Shown: positions 19,187 through 28,110, counted from the first letter of the stretch. The stretch: 64,000 nt of DNA from an uncultured bacterium (GCA_903839725.1 CAIMDG010000002.1:305117-369116); one strand, 5' to 3'. Translations and numbers: made by a program. The notes: generated by a model not told the origin, from the sequence alone.

Positions 19187-19597
19187 TTACAATTCAAACA
19201 CTGGTACTCCTGCAGCCTTACAATATTCAATTTCACTCCTTGTTCCTGCAGATTTCTCCCAATCGGGGAGGAGGTGACACGAGGTAATTTTTCCTGATTG
19301 TATGAGGGGCTTATAAAATACTTCGAATTTTGTTTTATAGTCAAAGGGTGCTTCACCGAGGACGTGATCGGTAATAGGGAGCTGGTTGAAGACCTTGAGA
19401 CCCTTCTTTTCAAGTTTGTCCTGAGCTTGTTCAAATAGTTTGAAGTTCTCTTCGGCAGGTCGAATAATGAACATTGGTCCCAGAACCATCGCCGCTCCTC
19501 CTTCTGGTATTGTTTCGAGGGCTCGTTTGAGTAAGTTACTATAGAAATCTTTTGTTTCTTCAGCTGTCCATTCACGCTTTGTTTTGATAGTTTCCAT
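19187..19597 (-). CDS. DUF4406 / nucleoside deoxyribosyltransferase-like protein
   Basis: GPM, NF..F, VFNQ, LPDWEKSAG...E...C. Confidence 0.7.
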   Translation of the reverse strand: METIKTKREWTAEETKDFYSNLLKRALETIPEGGAAMVLGPMFIIRPAEENFKLFEQAQDKLEKKGLKVFNQLPITDHVLGEAPFDYKTKFEVFYKPLIQSGKITSCHLLPDWEKSAGTRSEIEYCKAAGVPVFEL

Positions 19598-19740
19598 TGT
19601 GTCTTATATTTTAATTTAAAAAAGAAGTATTGTCACATGAGGCCTTTGTTGAGCCTCCTATATTCTCGATTGACTTATAGATTCTAACCTGATATTATAG
19701 TTCCTGTAACTCCCCACAGGAGTTTTTTAATACAAAACCT

Positions 19741-19917
19741 ATGAGATTCACACAATACGTCAAAGATACACGCACCGAATTGACTCACGTCAACTGGCCT
19801 ACTCGCGAACAAACTATCAACTTCACTCTACTCGTTATCGGAGTTTCAGTGGCCACATCAGTATTACTTGGTTTGTCAGATTTCGTATTCTCAAAGCTTC
19901 TCACTCTTCTCTTCTAA
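19741..19917 (+). CDS. secE: Preprotein translocase subunit SecE
   Basis: Not in ORF track; MRFTQYVKDTRTELTHVNWPTREQT plus TM helix, directly before nusG. Confidence 0.93.
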   Translation: MRFTQYVKDTRTELTHVNWPTREQTINFTLLVIGVSVATSVLLGLSDFVFSKLLTLLF

Positions 19918-19937
19918 CCAATTAACTTTTATTTATT

Positions 19938-20483
19938 ATGACTAAACAACACACCACAGGTGAGCGTTCATGGTATGCCATTCATACCTATGCAGGCTAT
20001 GAAAATGCTGTTGCACGCAATTTGAAGCAACGTATTGAGTCTCTCGGCATGGAGGGTAAGATTTTCAATGTTATTGTGCCCACCGAAAAGAAGATCAAGG
20101 TCAAAGCAGGCAAGCGCGTTGAAGAGGAGGAGAAGATCTATCCTGGATATGTGCTCGTTGAAATGATTGTGACCGATGATTCATGGTATGTTGTTCGCAA
20201 CACTCCACGCGTTACCGGTTTCGTTGGTGCAGGAGTTTCCCCAGTCCCACTCGATGCAAAGGAAGTTGAATCACTCTTTGCTCGAATGAACAAGGGTAAC
20301 ACCGAACACACGATTGACCTTGGAATAGGGGATCTGGTCAAGGTGGCCGATGGTCCATTCAAGGACTTCGAGGGTAAGGTTTCAGAGGTTGATACACAGC
20401 GCGGTAAAGTAAAAGTCCTTGTCTCAATGTTCGGTCGTGAGACACCAGTAGAACTCGATTTTCTGCAGGTGAAGAAAGTGTAG
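19938..20483 (+). CDS. nusG: Transcription antitermination factor NusG
   Basis: WYAIHTYAGYE, YPGYVLVEM, VRNTPRVTGF, KOW motif, FGRETPVEL. Confidence 0.98.
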   Translation: MTKQHTTGERSWYAIHTYAGYENAVARNLKQRIESLGMEGKIFNVIVPTEKKIKVKAGKRVEEEEKIYPGYVLVEMIVTDDSWYVVRNTPRVTGFVGAGVSPVPLDAKEVESLFARMNKGNTEHTIDLGIGDLVKVADGPFKDFEGKVSEVDTQRGKVKVLVSMFGRETPVELDFLQVKKV

Positions 20484-20488
20484 TGTCT

Positions 20489-20584
20489 CGATGCAAATAC
20501 GCAAATGTATGCGAATGACACGAATACATCGCACAGCTTCTTGGATTTATTCGCGTCATTCGTGTTCATTCGTAATTTGCATCG
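20489..20584. repeat. GCGAAT/GCAAAT-family palindromic element, copy 1
   Basis: Imperfect ~37-bp inverted arms CGATGCAAAT...ATTTGCATCG; homologues at 54351 and 61308. Confidence 0.85.
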
Positions 20585-20626
20585 GCACCTTGTATAAACC
20601 ATTAAGTTAGTATAATATCCATTATC

Positions 20627-21049
20627 ATGGCAAAAAAGATTGTAAAACAAGTAAAAGTTATCGCCCCTGCCGGAAAGGCAACCCCAGCTCCACCACTCGG
20701 TCCTACACTCGGTCAGGCCGGTGTTAACATTGGTGATTTCACCAAGAAGTTCAATGAAGCTACAAAGAACATGATGGGAGACATGATCCCTGTTCTTATT
20801 ACCGTCTATGAAGATCGTTCATATGATTTCGTACTCAAGACTCCTCCAACATCAAGTTTGATATTGAAGGCACTTAAGCTCGAAAAGGGTTCAGGTAAGC
20901 CAAATACTAACAAGGTTGGTACTCTCAACAAGGCTCAGCTCAAAGATATCGCAGAGAAGAAGATGCCTGACTTGAATGCTAACGATGTTGAAGCTGCAAT
21001 GAAAGTTGTTGCTGGTACAGCACGTCAGATGGGAGTAGATGTGAAGTAA
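20627..21049 (+). CDS. rplK: 50S ribosomal protein L11
   Basis: [27 protein letters not shown]. Confidence 0.98.
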   Translation: MAKKIVKQVKVIAPAGKATPAPPLGPTLGQAGVNIGDFTKKFNEATKNMMGDMIPVLITVYEDRSYDFVLKTPPTSSLILKALKLEKGSGKPNTNKVGTLNKAQLKDIAEKKMPDLNANDVEAAMKVVAGTARQMGVDVK

Positions 21050-21105
21050 TCTTAAATTTCAAATTTTAAATCTCAAAAATAACACCGGAGACGGTGTTAT
21101 TTTTA
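21047..21105 (+). terminator. Heptamer tract fused to rplK terminator
   Basis: AAATNTY heptamers, then AAAAATAACACCG-GAGA-CGGTGTTATTTTT. Confidence 0.75.
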
Positions 21106-21122
21106 TGCGCTAAGAGTATTTA

Positions 21123-21362
21123 CTAGTACATCATTCTCGCAATTGCAATAATTGCGATAATTATCCAGACAATATTGAGGACACCAGATTGGTAATCTTT
21201 TTTATAAAATGAACCAATGACGATTCCTAGAGCACCTGAAATATTGAGGAATTGATACCAGATATTGGTGGTTTGTAATACAGAAAAACTTATCAATGCA
21301 TATGCAATCACTATGGCGATGACTCCATACCATTCATATATTTCTATTATTTTTGTTTTCAT
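21123..21362 (-). CDS. Small 3-TM membrane protein (CBU_0592-like)
   Basis: W.G......AY.L, YQ.LN..GA, LN.VW pattern. Confidence 0.7.
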   Translation of the reverse strand: MKTKIIEIYEWYGVIAIVIAYALISFSVLQTTNIWYQFLNISGALGIVIGSFYKKDYQSGVLNIVWIIIAIIAIARMMY

Positions 21363-21380
21363 GTTTTATATTGTAACAGA

Positions 21381-21497
21381 GTAAGCACATACTACACAGA
21401 CTTTTAGGGACGCGGATATTTTTTTGCTGAAAAATTCCTAGTGCTCGCCTCAGTCAGGCTCGCAGTGTCCCTAAAAGTCTGTGTAGTATGTGCTTAC
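21381..21497. repeat. 117-bp stem-loop element
   Basis: Perfect 31-bp inverted repeat 21381-21411/21467-21497 with 55-nt loop. Confidence 0.9.
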
Positions 21498-22006
21498 TTA
21501 ATAACCTTATATTCAACAAGCAATGTTCCACTCTCTGTTTTTTCTAGATTCACGAGTTCTAACTTATAGTCCAAAGTCTCTTTGAATAATCGGATACCAT
21601 TACCGAAGAGGGTAGGTTCGATAGTGAGGTACAAACTATCTACGAGTCCTGATTTCATGAACATAGTATAGATCTGAGAACCACCACAAATGGCTACTTC
21701 TTTAAAACCGCGAGTTTCTAATTCCTGGATAAGTTCAGTAGGTTCCTTGGTTGTCGTCTCAACACTTTCTGGCATATCTGGGAGTCTTTCAGGGGAGTAT
21801 ATGATATTGAGTCGATCCTTGAGTGCTCTACCACCGAATGTTTTCCACGTATTCTGGCCAGTAACTATAACTCCTGCACGTTTGGTCAGTTCCACGAAGC
21901 GCTTCTTGTCTTCTTTGCTCGTCCAGACCGTCGAAGGTGCCGAAGAATCTCTGGCGATGAAGCCGTCTACTGATAATGCTGCGATAATGAAGATTTTTAT
22001 ATTCAT
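21494..22006 (-). CDS. folA: Dihydrofolate reductase family protein
   Basis: IAA.SVDGFIA, W.S.ED...F...T, G..TW, L..R.NII, ICGG.QIY. Confidence 0.85.
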   Translation of the reverse strand: MNIKIFIIAALSVDGFIARDSSAPSTVWTSKEDKKRFVELTKRAGVIVTGQNTWKTFGGRALKDRLNIIYSPERLPDMPESVETTTKEPTELIQELETRGFKEVAICGGSQIYTMFMKSGLVDSLYLTIEPTLFGNGIRLFKETLDYKLELVNLEKTESGTLLVEYKVIK

Positions 22007-22054
22007 GTCAATATTGTACCATGTGTTTAATTGTGATAGTTTTAATGGACTATT

Positions 22055-22687
22055 ATGACAAGCAAAGGATTCACTACTCAAGGAGGTATATTTTCTTTCG
22101 GTTCAAATTTCGAAGACCGTTTTATTCCTGATTATAAGCGTCTCAAGAAAATCTCTGATCACTGCAAAGGTCTTGGACTCAAGGTTGTGTTGACTCAGGG
22201 TACATACGACATGGTTCACATTGGTCATGCTCGTTATTTCGAAGAAGCAAAAAAGCATGGTGACATCTTGGTTGTTGGAGTTGATAGTGACAAGAAGGTC
22301 CGTGACCGCAAAGGTCCAGATCGCCCCATCGTTCCTCAGAATGAGCGTTTGGAAATGGTAACTCATCTTCGTTCAGTAGATATTGTGACTCTCAAGGAGC
22401 ACAATATGCCTCAATGGCACCTGATTAAGTCCGTATCTCCAGATGTTCTCATTGTTACAAGAGAGACGGTTGATAAATATGGCAAAGAAAAGATGAAGGC
22501 TATGAAGAAATTCTGTGGACAAATAAAAATTCTCGAACCTCAGGCAGTCACCTCAACAAGTGCAAAGATCCGTCTTCTTCAAATAAAGATTGCAAAGAAG
22601 TTCGAAAGTGCACTTGCACCTAAGTTGGCGAATATGATGAATGAAGTATTGAGTCAGTCTGGACCAAAACATAAAAAATTAAAATAA
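22055..22687 (+). CDS. Cytidylyltransferase-like (HIGH superfamily) nucleotidyltransferase
   Basis: GTYDMVHIGH, VGVDSD, KGPDRP...ER, TSTS. Confidence 0.85.
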   Translation: MTSKGFTTQGGIFSFGSNFEDRFIPDYKRLKKISDHCKGLGLKVVLTQGTYDMVHIGHARYFEEAKKHGDILVVGVDSDKKVRDRKGPDRPIVPQNERLEMVTHLRSVDIVTLKEHNMPQWHLIKSVSPDVLIVTRETVDKYGKEKMKAMKKFCGQIKILEPQAVTSTSAKIRLLQIKIAKKFESALAPKLANMMNEVLSQSGPKHKKLK

Positions 22688-22688
22688 C

Positions 22689-23546
22689 ATGAAGCCTTCT
22701 GGCGCAAAAATAATTGTTGCCTATGTACCGGTATTACATGAAGGTTACATACGTTTTTTTAGTTCCCATACAGACGCCCAAAGACTTTTCTTATTGGGTC
22801 CAGAAATTATCAAAGATTTCAAGCCTCTTGTAAAAGATATACGGGCAATTTCGCCAGAGCTCATAAAAACAGCGATAGGTTCGTTGGGTTATTTCAAAGA
22901 AATTATTGTTACTAGTGCTTCAGAATTGGGGTCACTTAATGACAATGCTACACAGATTGTTATGCCAGATGAAGATGTTATGCATGAATTGCAAGCGAAG
23001 TATTTTCCTGAGGCAACAGTTACGTATCACTCGACTTTTCTTCGTTGGGATAAGCACAAATCTTTTGAACAAAAAGCAGTGGAAGCCGATCAACTGATTT
23101 CTAGCGCTGAATTTGATAAGAAAATGATAGGAGCCCTCAAGGACGAAGCGCAGAAGAGTAGTGACTTTTGGAGACAAATCGGTGCTGCGGTCATCAAGGA
23201 TGGAAAAGTTATTATGCAGGTACACAATTCGGCTGTTCCTGATGAACATATCCATTATACCGAGGGCGATCCGCGTTCAGATTTCAGCAAAGGAGTTAAT
23301 GTTGATTTCTCATTATTTTTCCATTGTGAGGCACAGCTTGTTGCACGAGCTGCCAAAGAGGGGGTCTCTCTCCAAGGTGCTGAGATGTACGTGACTACAT
23401 TCCCGTGTCCGACATGTGCAAAACTTGTAGCGTATTCTGGTATTAAAAAGATGTACTATGCTGATGGATATGGTGTTCTCGACGGGGAACGTGTACTCAA
23501 AAGTCAGGGAGTTGAGATTGTTTTTGTAAAGACTGATTCAAATTAA
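22689..23546 (+). CDS. dCMP deaminase-like protein with extra N-terminal domain
   Basis: HCE...FPCPTC Zn motif at C-terminus; N-terminal YVPVLHEGY region. Confidence 0.85.
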   Translation: MKPSGAKIIVAYVPVLHEGYIRFFSSHTDAQRLFLLGPEIIKDFKPLVKDIRAISPELIKTAIGSLGYFKEIIVTSASELGSLNDNATQIVMPDEDVMHELQAKYFPEATVTYHSTFLRWDKHKSFEQKAVEADQLISSAEFDKKMIGALKDEAQKSSDFWRQIGAAVIKDGKVIMQVHNSAVPDEHIHYTEGDPRSDFSKGVNVDFSLFFHCEAQLVARAAKEGVSLQGAEMYVTTFPCPTCAKLVAYSGIKKMYYADGYGVLDGERVLKSQGVEIVFVKTDSN

Positions 23547-23558
23547 GTGCAAAATAAA

Positions 23559-23590
23559 AAGCGGTTGCGCAGGGCAACCGCTTGATTTTT
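23559..23590. terminator. Bidirectional terminator
   Basis: AAGCGGTTGC-GCAGG-GCAACCGCTT with A/T flanks. Confidence 0.8.
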
Positions 23591-23601
23591 GTGCGTGTCA
23601 T

Positions 23602-24189
23602 TCAAGACATGCGATCCTGGATGAGGGCCTGTTCTTCAAGGGGAAGAGCCTCAAATGGCGTGCCCGTCCGGATTTTTTCGTAAATGATGGCACGAGCCAC
23701 ACCAATAGCTTCTTCAGCCGGTGTCTTGCAGAAGGGTGATTCGACGCGGCCGGTTCCGTCAGGCACCATCATGTGAATGTGGAGATGGCGAATCGTTCCC
23801 GATGACATGGTCGCATCACCGTCACGCGAGAGAATACCACGGTAAGTGAAGTTGAACATCACGGGCAGTATATTCATGGCTACCCAGTATTCCAGTTGTT
23901 CCGCAGTCGTTAATTCCCGACTGTCCATCACGTGGCGTAACGGGATCAGCAGAAAATGGAGACGCGTAAATTTTTCTGGAGGACTGCAGTATTGGACCCG
24001 CCAATACTTCAATGAAGGAATTTCAACTGGCGTATTATATGTCCAATCGGGATTGCACAAAGCACAACGACCTGCCAATGCATCTTCAACAGCCTTGCAA
24101 TGCTGGCTGTATTTTCTGGACCGAGCGATGCACGCAAGCGTTACCGAATCGGTTATTCCTGGAATGATGAGAACACTGTTCTCTAACAT
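23602..24189 (-). CDS. HIT-family hydrolase paralogue with its own promoter
   Basis: CALC, HFLLIP.RH, TIRHLHIHMM; TTGACA-17-TAGACT at 24272-24244. Confidence 0.8.
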   Translation of the reverse strand: MLENSVLIIPGITDSVTLACIARSRKYSQHCKAVEDALAGRCALCNPDWTYNTPVEIPSLKYWRVQYCSPPEKFTRLHFLLIPLRHVMDSRELTTAEQLEYWVAMNILPVMFNFTYRGILSRDGDATMSSGTIRHLHIHMMVPDGTGRVESPFCKTPAEEAIGVARAIIYEKIRTGTPFEALPLEEQALIQDRMS

Positions 24190-24302
24190 GGTATGAAGCA
24201 CAAAGAGCCTTTCTTTTTTGGAGGACGTGATTGTCCATAGGTGAGTCTAGTCGCGCTTTGTGAACATGTCAACAGGCATGTTCAAGACTAAACAATATCT
24301 CC

Positions 24303-24779
24303 TTATTTACCGCCGGTATAGTTTTTGGGTTGACCTATCTTTACCTTGAATGATTCTGTCTCACTGAGAGCATCCAAATCAGGCTCTATCATGTGTGCGT
24401 GTATGTGAAGCACCGTACTCCCGTAATTTCCTTTCTCGGGATTACTGCCAAAACGAATAATAACACCACCGCCTATTATATTTCTTGCAATAGATATTTC
24501 TTTGAAAAGAGTCAGAAGTTCTGCGGCTGCTTCAGGTTCAAGTTCGTTGATGTGTTCGATGTGAGTCTTGTGGATAGCAAGTAACTGATGTTTTATTTTG
24601 GCATATGGCCATTGATTGTCTGTAATCAACCAGTATTTTCCTTCTTTGAGGATAGGATTTTTGTGATATTTCTCAAGATTTTCAGTACAAAATGGACAAT
24701 GGCCATTTTGCTGTATCTCTTTCATGACACGTTGCTGCTCTTCACTTCTCGTATTAACCATGTTTATGAATTTGCTCAT
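24303..24779 (-). CDS. HIT-family nucleotide hydrolase
   Basis: CPFC, N.WPY, TVLHIHAHMI. Confidence 0.88.
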   Translation of the reverse strand: MSKFINMVNTRSEEQQRVMKEIQQNGHCPFCTENLEKYHKNPILKEGKYWLITDNQWPYAKIKHQLLAIHKTHIEHINELEPEAAAELLTLFKEISIARNIIGGGVIIRFGSNPEKGNYGSTVLHIHAHMIEPDLDALSETESFKVKIGQPKNYTGGK

Positions 24780-24788
24780 GAAGGTGCA

Positions 24789-25700
24789 TTATATCGCAAC
24801 AGGGATACCTTTGATACCTGGGTGTGGGTTGTAGTCAGAAAGTGTAAAGTCGTCTTTTCTAAATTCAAAGAGATCTTTCTTGTCTGGATTGATCGTCATT
24901 GTTGGTAATGCGCGTGGTTCACGGCGAAGCATCTCTTCGACGGCCGGAACCTGATCTATATAGATGTGTGCATCAGAAAATGTGTGTATATATTCATACG
25001 CTTCTGTACCAGTAGCTGCTGCAATCGCCATAAGGAGAGCGGCATACTGAACCATGTTTGCGGGTACGCCAACAGGAACGTCCGCTGATCTCTGTATCAT
25101 GTGAAGTGTGAGCTTGTTATTCAATATTCTCAAGTGGATCCAACCGTGACAAGGTGCGACAACTACTTTTTGTTGTTTTCCAGTACCACGTATTGTGTAT
25201 TGAGGTATCCACGGAGTAATGAAATGTGTTCGGAGATGAGGAAATTCTTTCATCTGTTCAACAATATTTTTGAATTGGTTGTAGGTAGATCCTTCAGCAG
25301 TAGGGAAGTCATGAAAGGCTGCTCCGTATGAACCAGGTCCGAGATCTCCCGTTTCTAGCCCTCTCTTTTTACATTTTACTTCGGTGCCCCATGGAGCCCA
25401 CCATGAACATCCGAATTCCTCGAGCTTGTCGAGGGTACGTGCTCCATTCACGAAGGCAAGAATTTCTGCTATAGCTTGTTGCCAAATAGTTACTTTGAGC
25501 ATCTCTGATACCTTGGGAGCCATGTTGCGCTCGGTAATCATAGGGAATCCATTTTCTAATTTGAAATGGATCGAGCCCGGCCCCATGAGTGTTATTGCAT
25601 CGACTTCTTGTTGTGTATTGGTACGCACTCCTTCTTTGAGGATGCGGGCGAGTAAATCTCGGTACTGAGTATCTGGTGTTCTTTGTGTGTATGGTTTCAT
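24789..25700 (-). CDS. thyA: Thymidylate synthase
   Basis: GFPMIT, DLGP..YG, APCH catalytic Cys, QRSAD...GVP.N, DAHIY. Confidence 0.93.
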   Translation of the reverse strand: MKPYTQRTPDTQYRDLLARILKEGVRTNTQQEVDAITLMGPGSIHFKLENGFPMITERNMAPKVSEMLKVTIWQQAIAEILAFVNGARTLDKLEEFGCSWWAPWGTEVKCKKRGLETGDLGPGSYGAAFHDFPTAEGSTYNQFKNIVEQMKEFPHLRTHFITPWIPQYTIRGTGKQQKVVVAPCHGWIHLRILNNKLTLHMIQRSADVPVGVPANMVQYAALLMAIAAATGTEAYEYIHTFSDAHIYIDQVPAVEEMLRREPRALPTMTINPDKKDLFEFRKDDFTLSDYNPHPGIKGIPVAI

Positions 25701-25780
25701 ACATGTATATTAGCTTATTTTTTTGTGTAGGTCAGCAGTGTCAGGATATTATTGTGTGGTATTATGAGACTATAAATTAT

Positions 25781-26203
25781 ATGAAGATTAATGTGAAAAA
25801 ACTTCATCCTGAAGCAAAATTGCCCGCATATGCTCATCCTGGTGATGCTGGTATGGATTTTTTTGCACTAGAAAAGACAACGATAGCCCCAAAAGAAAGA
25901 TTGATTGTAAAAACAGGAATTTCTATTGAGATACCTGAAGGATATGTTGGGTTGGTGTGGGATAAAAGTGGTATACCTCTAAAATATGGATTAAAAACTA
26001 TTGGTGGTGTGATTGATGCAGGATATCGTGGGGAAGTTGGGATCGGTCTTTTGAATACCAGTGATCAAGAATATATATTTGAAGCAGGTCATAAGATTGC
26101 CCAAATGCTCATCCAGAAAGTTGAACAAGTTGAATTGATTGAAGTTGCTGAACTTACCGAAACACAACGTGGTACAGGGGGATTTGGTAGTACAGGGAAG
26201 TAG
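25781..26203 (+). CDS. dut: dUTP diphosphatase
   Basis: AGMD, KSG, GVIDAGYRGE, IAQ, RG.GGFGSTG. Confidence 0.96.
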   Translation: MKINVKKLHPEAKLPAYAHPGDAGMDFFALEKTTIAPKERLIVKTGISIEIPEGYVGLVWDKSGIPLKYGLKTIGGVIDAGYRGEVGIGLLNTSDQEYIFEAGHKIAQMLIQKVEQVELIEVAELTETQRGTGGFGSTGK

Positions 26204-26221
26204 TAATATTGATAGCAGGCC

Positions 26222-26344
26222 GACCTCCTCGGCGCATAACTTACCGTAGTGCGCCGAGGATGGGTAGGGCAGTCCAGGCCGTGCTCGCCCTCCAGCGATC
26301 AGCGCCCGCAGGCGACGGAGGTAAGTTATGCGCGCGAGGAGGTC
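26222..26344. repeat. 123-bp GC-rich stem-loop element
   Basis: 24-bp inverted arms (one bulge) 26222-26245/26320-26344. Confidence 0.85.
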
Positions 26345-26388
26345 TTGAGTATGTTGACAGAATAAATTCAAAGGAGTACATTATGGCC

Positions 26389-26724
26389 TGCGGGATAAAT
26401 CGACAAAGAAATTACTATCATTGTCGGAAACACATAGTTGCGAGCACACTACGAGCATTCACATGCTGCGTGGTATCAGGGCAGGAAATGCCCTCGGTTA
26501 CTGAGGTGTCCATGTGTGTCCAGTCATTACTGGTTCGCAAATTGGGCATTCGAAGTTTCCTATCACTGACCAGACGTCACTTAACGTTCTTGCTTCGGAG
26601 GTTTACCTCCAACACCGTTATTCGCTGACAGGTCAGTGCTAATTTTCTCCGTGAAAGCGGGGATTGCTAAGGAAACCATAGGAAAGGGGCGTCGCACATG
26701 GCTGTGCGACGCCCTGATTTTTTT
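26389..26724 (+). ncRNA. Candidate large structured ncRNA A
   Basis: TTGACA-17-TACATT promoter at 26354-26382, nested helices throughout, 12-bp terminator at 26687-26714 plus T tract. Confidence 0.55.
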
Positions 26725-26870
26725 ATGTTGTACAGACTGGTTTTTGTTTTTGACGGTGATACTATGTGTACATGCTCGTCAATTATATGTTTAGTACATG
26801 GTCTAGTTTTATATAGTTTTTATATACGATATGCAGATGTTCTGTATGATTATTTCTAATTTTTAATCCC

Positions 26871-28064
26871 ATGAAAGATACTCAAATAAAAAAACTTATT
26901 GAAACAGAAAAGAAACGCCAGAAAAAAGTTATCAATCTGATTGCTTCAGAAAATTATGTTTCAAAAGATGTGCTCGAAGCTCTTGGTTCTGAACTTACGA
27001 ATAAGTATGCAGAAGGGTATCCTGGCAAGCGTTATTACGGAGGTAATGAAATTATTGATAAGATTGAATCTCTTTGTATTGAACGTGCACTCAAGTTATT
27101 CAAGCTTTCTCCACAGGAATGGCATGTGAATGCCCAGGCGCTTTCTGGCTCACCAGCAAACTTGGCTGTGTATACGGCACTTATTCCTCAAGGAGGAAAA
27201 ATTATGGGTATGTCTCTCGATCAGGGAGGTCACCTTACGCATGGTCACAAAGTTTCAGCTACAGGAAAATTCTGGTTACAAGTTCCATATGGTGTCGATA
27301 AGGACACTGAAGTCTTGAACTACAAACATCTTCACGATATTGCCATGAAGGAAAAGCCTGCAATTATCGTAGCGGGTTACACTGCATATCCACGTCGTAT
27401 CGATTGGGCAAAGCTTCGCGAAATTGCTACAGCCGCAGGAGCATTACTCATGGTTGATATGTCTCACATCTCTGGACTTGTTGCAGGTGGAGTATATCCA
27501 GCACCATTCCCATATGCGGATATTGTTACGACAACAACTCATAAGACACTTCGTGGACCTCGTTCAGCACTCATTTTTGCTCGTGTAGACGAACGTGATT
27601 TGGGTAAGAAGATAGATCGTGCTGTATTCCCTGGTCTTCAGGGTGGTCCTCATGAAAATCAAATTGCAGGAATTGCAATCACACTCAAAGAAGCAATGTC
27701 ACCAGCTTTCAAGAAATATGCGGCGCAGGTTGTGAAGAATGCTGCTGTGCTTGCAAGTGAACTCAATAATTATGGTTGGAAAATTATTTCAGGAGGGACA
27801 GATTCACATCTTGTCCTTGTTGATACATGGATGGGTGGGGCCAAGAATGAAAAGGGGGCAGGAGCAGTCACTGGTAAAGATGCATCTGATCGTCTCGAGA
27901 AGGCTGGTATTATTGTGAATAAAAATGCGATTCCATTTGATGCACGTCCACCGGCAGATCCATCAGGTATTCGTCTCGGTAGTGCCGCTGAAACAACTCG
28001 TGGTGCAAAAGAAAAAGATTTCAAAGCAATTGCAAAGAAAATCGACGCTATTTTGAGGAAGTAG
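26871..28064 (+). CDS. glyA: Serine hydroxymethyltransferase
   Basis: LIASEN, NKYAEGYPG.RYYGG, GGHLTHG, TTTHKTLRGPR. Confidence 0.98.
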   Translation: MKDTQIKKLIETEKKRQKKVINLIASENYVSKDVLEALGSELTNKYAEGYPGKRYYGGNEIIDKIESLCIERALKLFKLSPQEWHVNAQALSGSPANLAVYTALIPQGGKIMGMSLDQGGHLTHGHKVSATGKFWLQVPYGVDKDTEVLNYKHLHDIAMKEKPAIIVAGYTAYPRRIDWAKLREIATAAGALLMVDMSHISGLVAGGVYPAPFPYADIVTTTTHKTLRGPRSALIFARVDERDLGKKIDRAVFPGLQGGPHENQIAGIAITLKEAMSPAFKKYAAQVVKNAAVLASELNNYGWKIISGGTDSHLVLVDTWMGGAKNEKGAGAVTGKDASDRLEKAGIIVNKNAIPFDARPPADPSGIRLGSAAETTRGAKEKDFKAIAKKIDAILRK

Positions 28065-28110
28065 ATATAGAGCTGGTGTTCTTGGATTCCGAATCTGATA
28101 TACTTTTGGT

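Noticed and set aside
24789-25700. ThyA as a phage-type dCMP hydroxymethylase
   Set aside because: The specificity residue is Asn (GVPAN), consistent with dUMP, and dfr/dut are adjacent.
26209-26628. 139-aa ORF and antisense ORF 25991-26371
   Set aside because: They run through GC-rich palindromes, have Arg/Cys-rich non-protein-like composition and cross a promoter; only the 26383 start is kept as an alternative.
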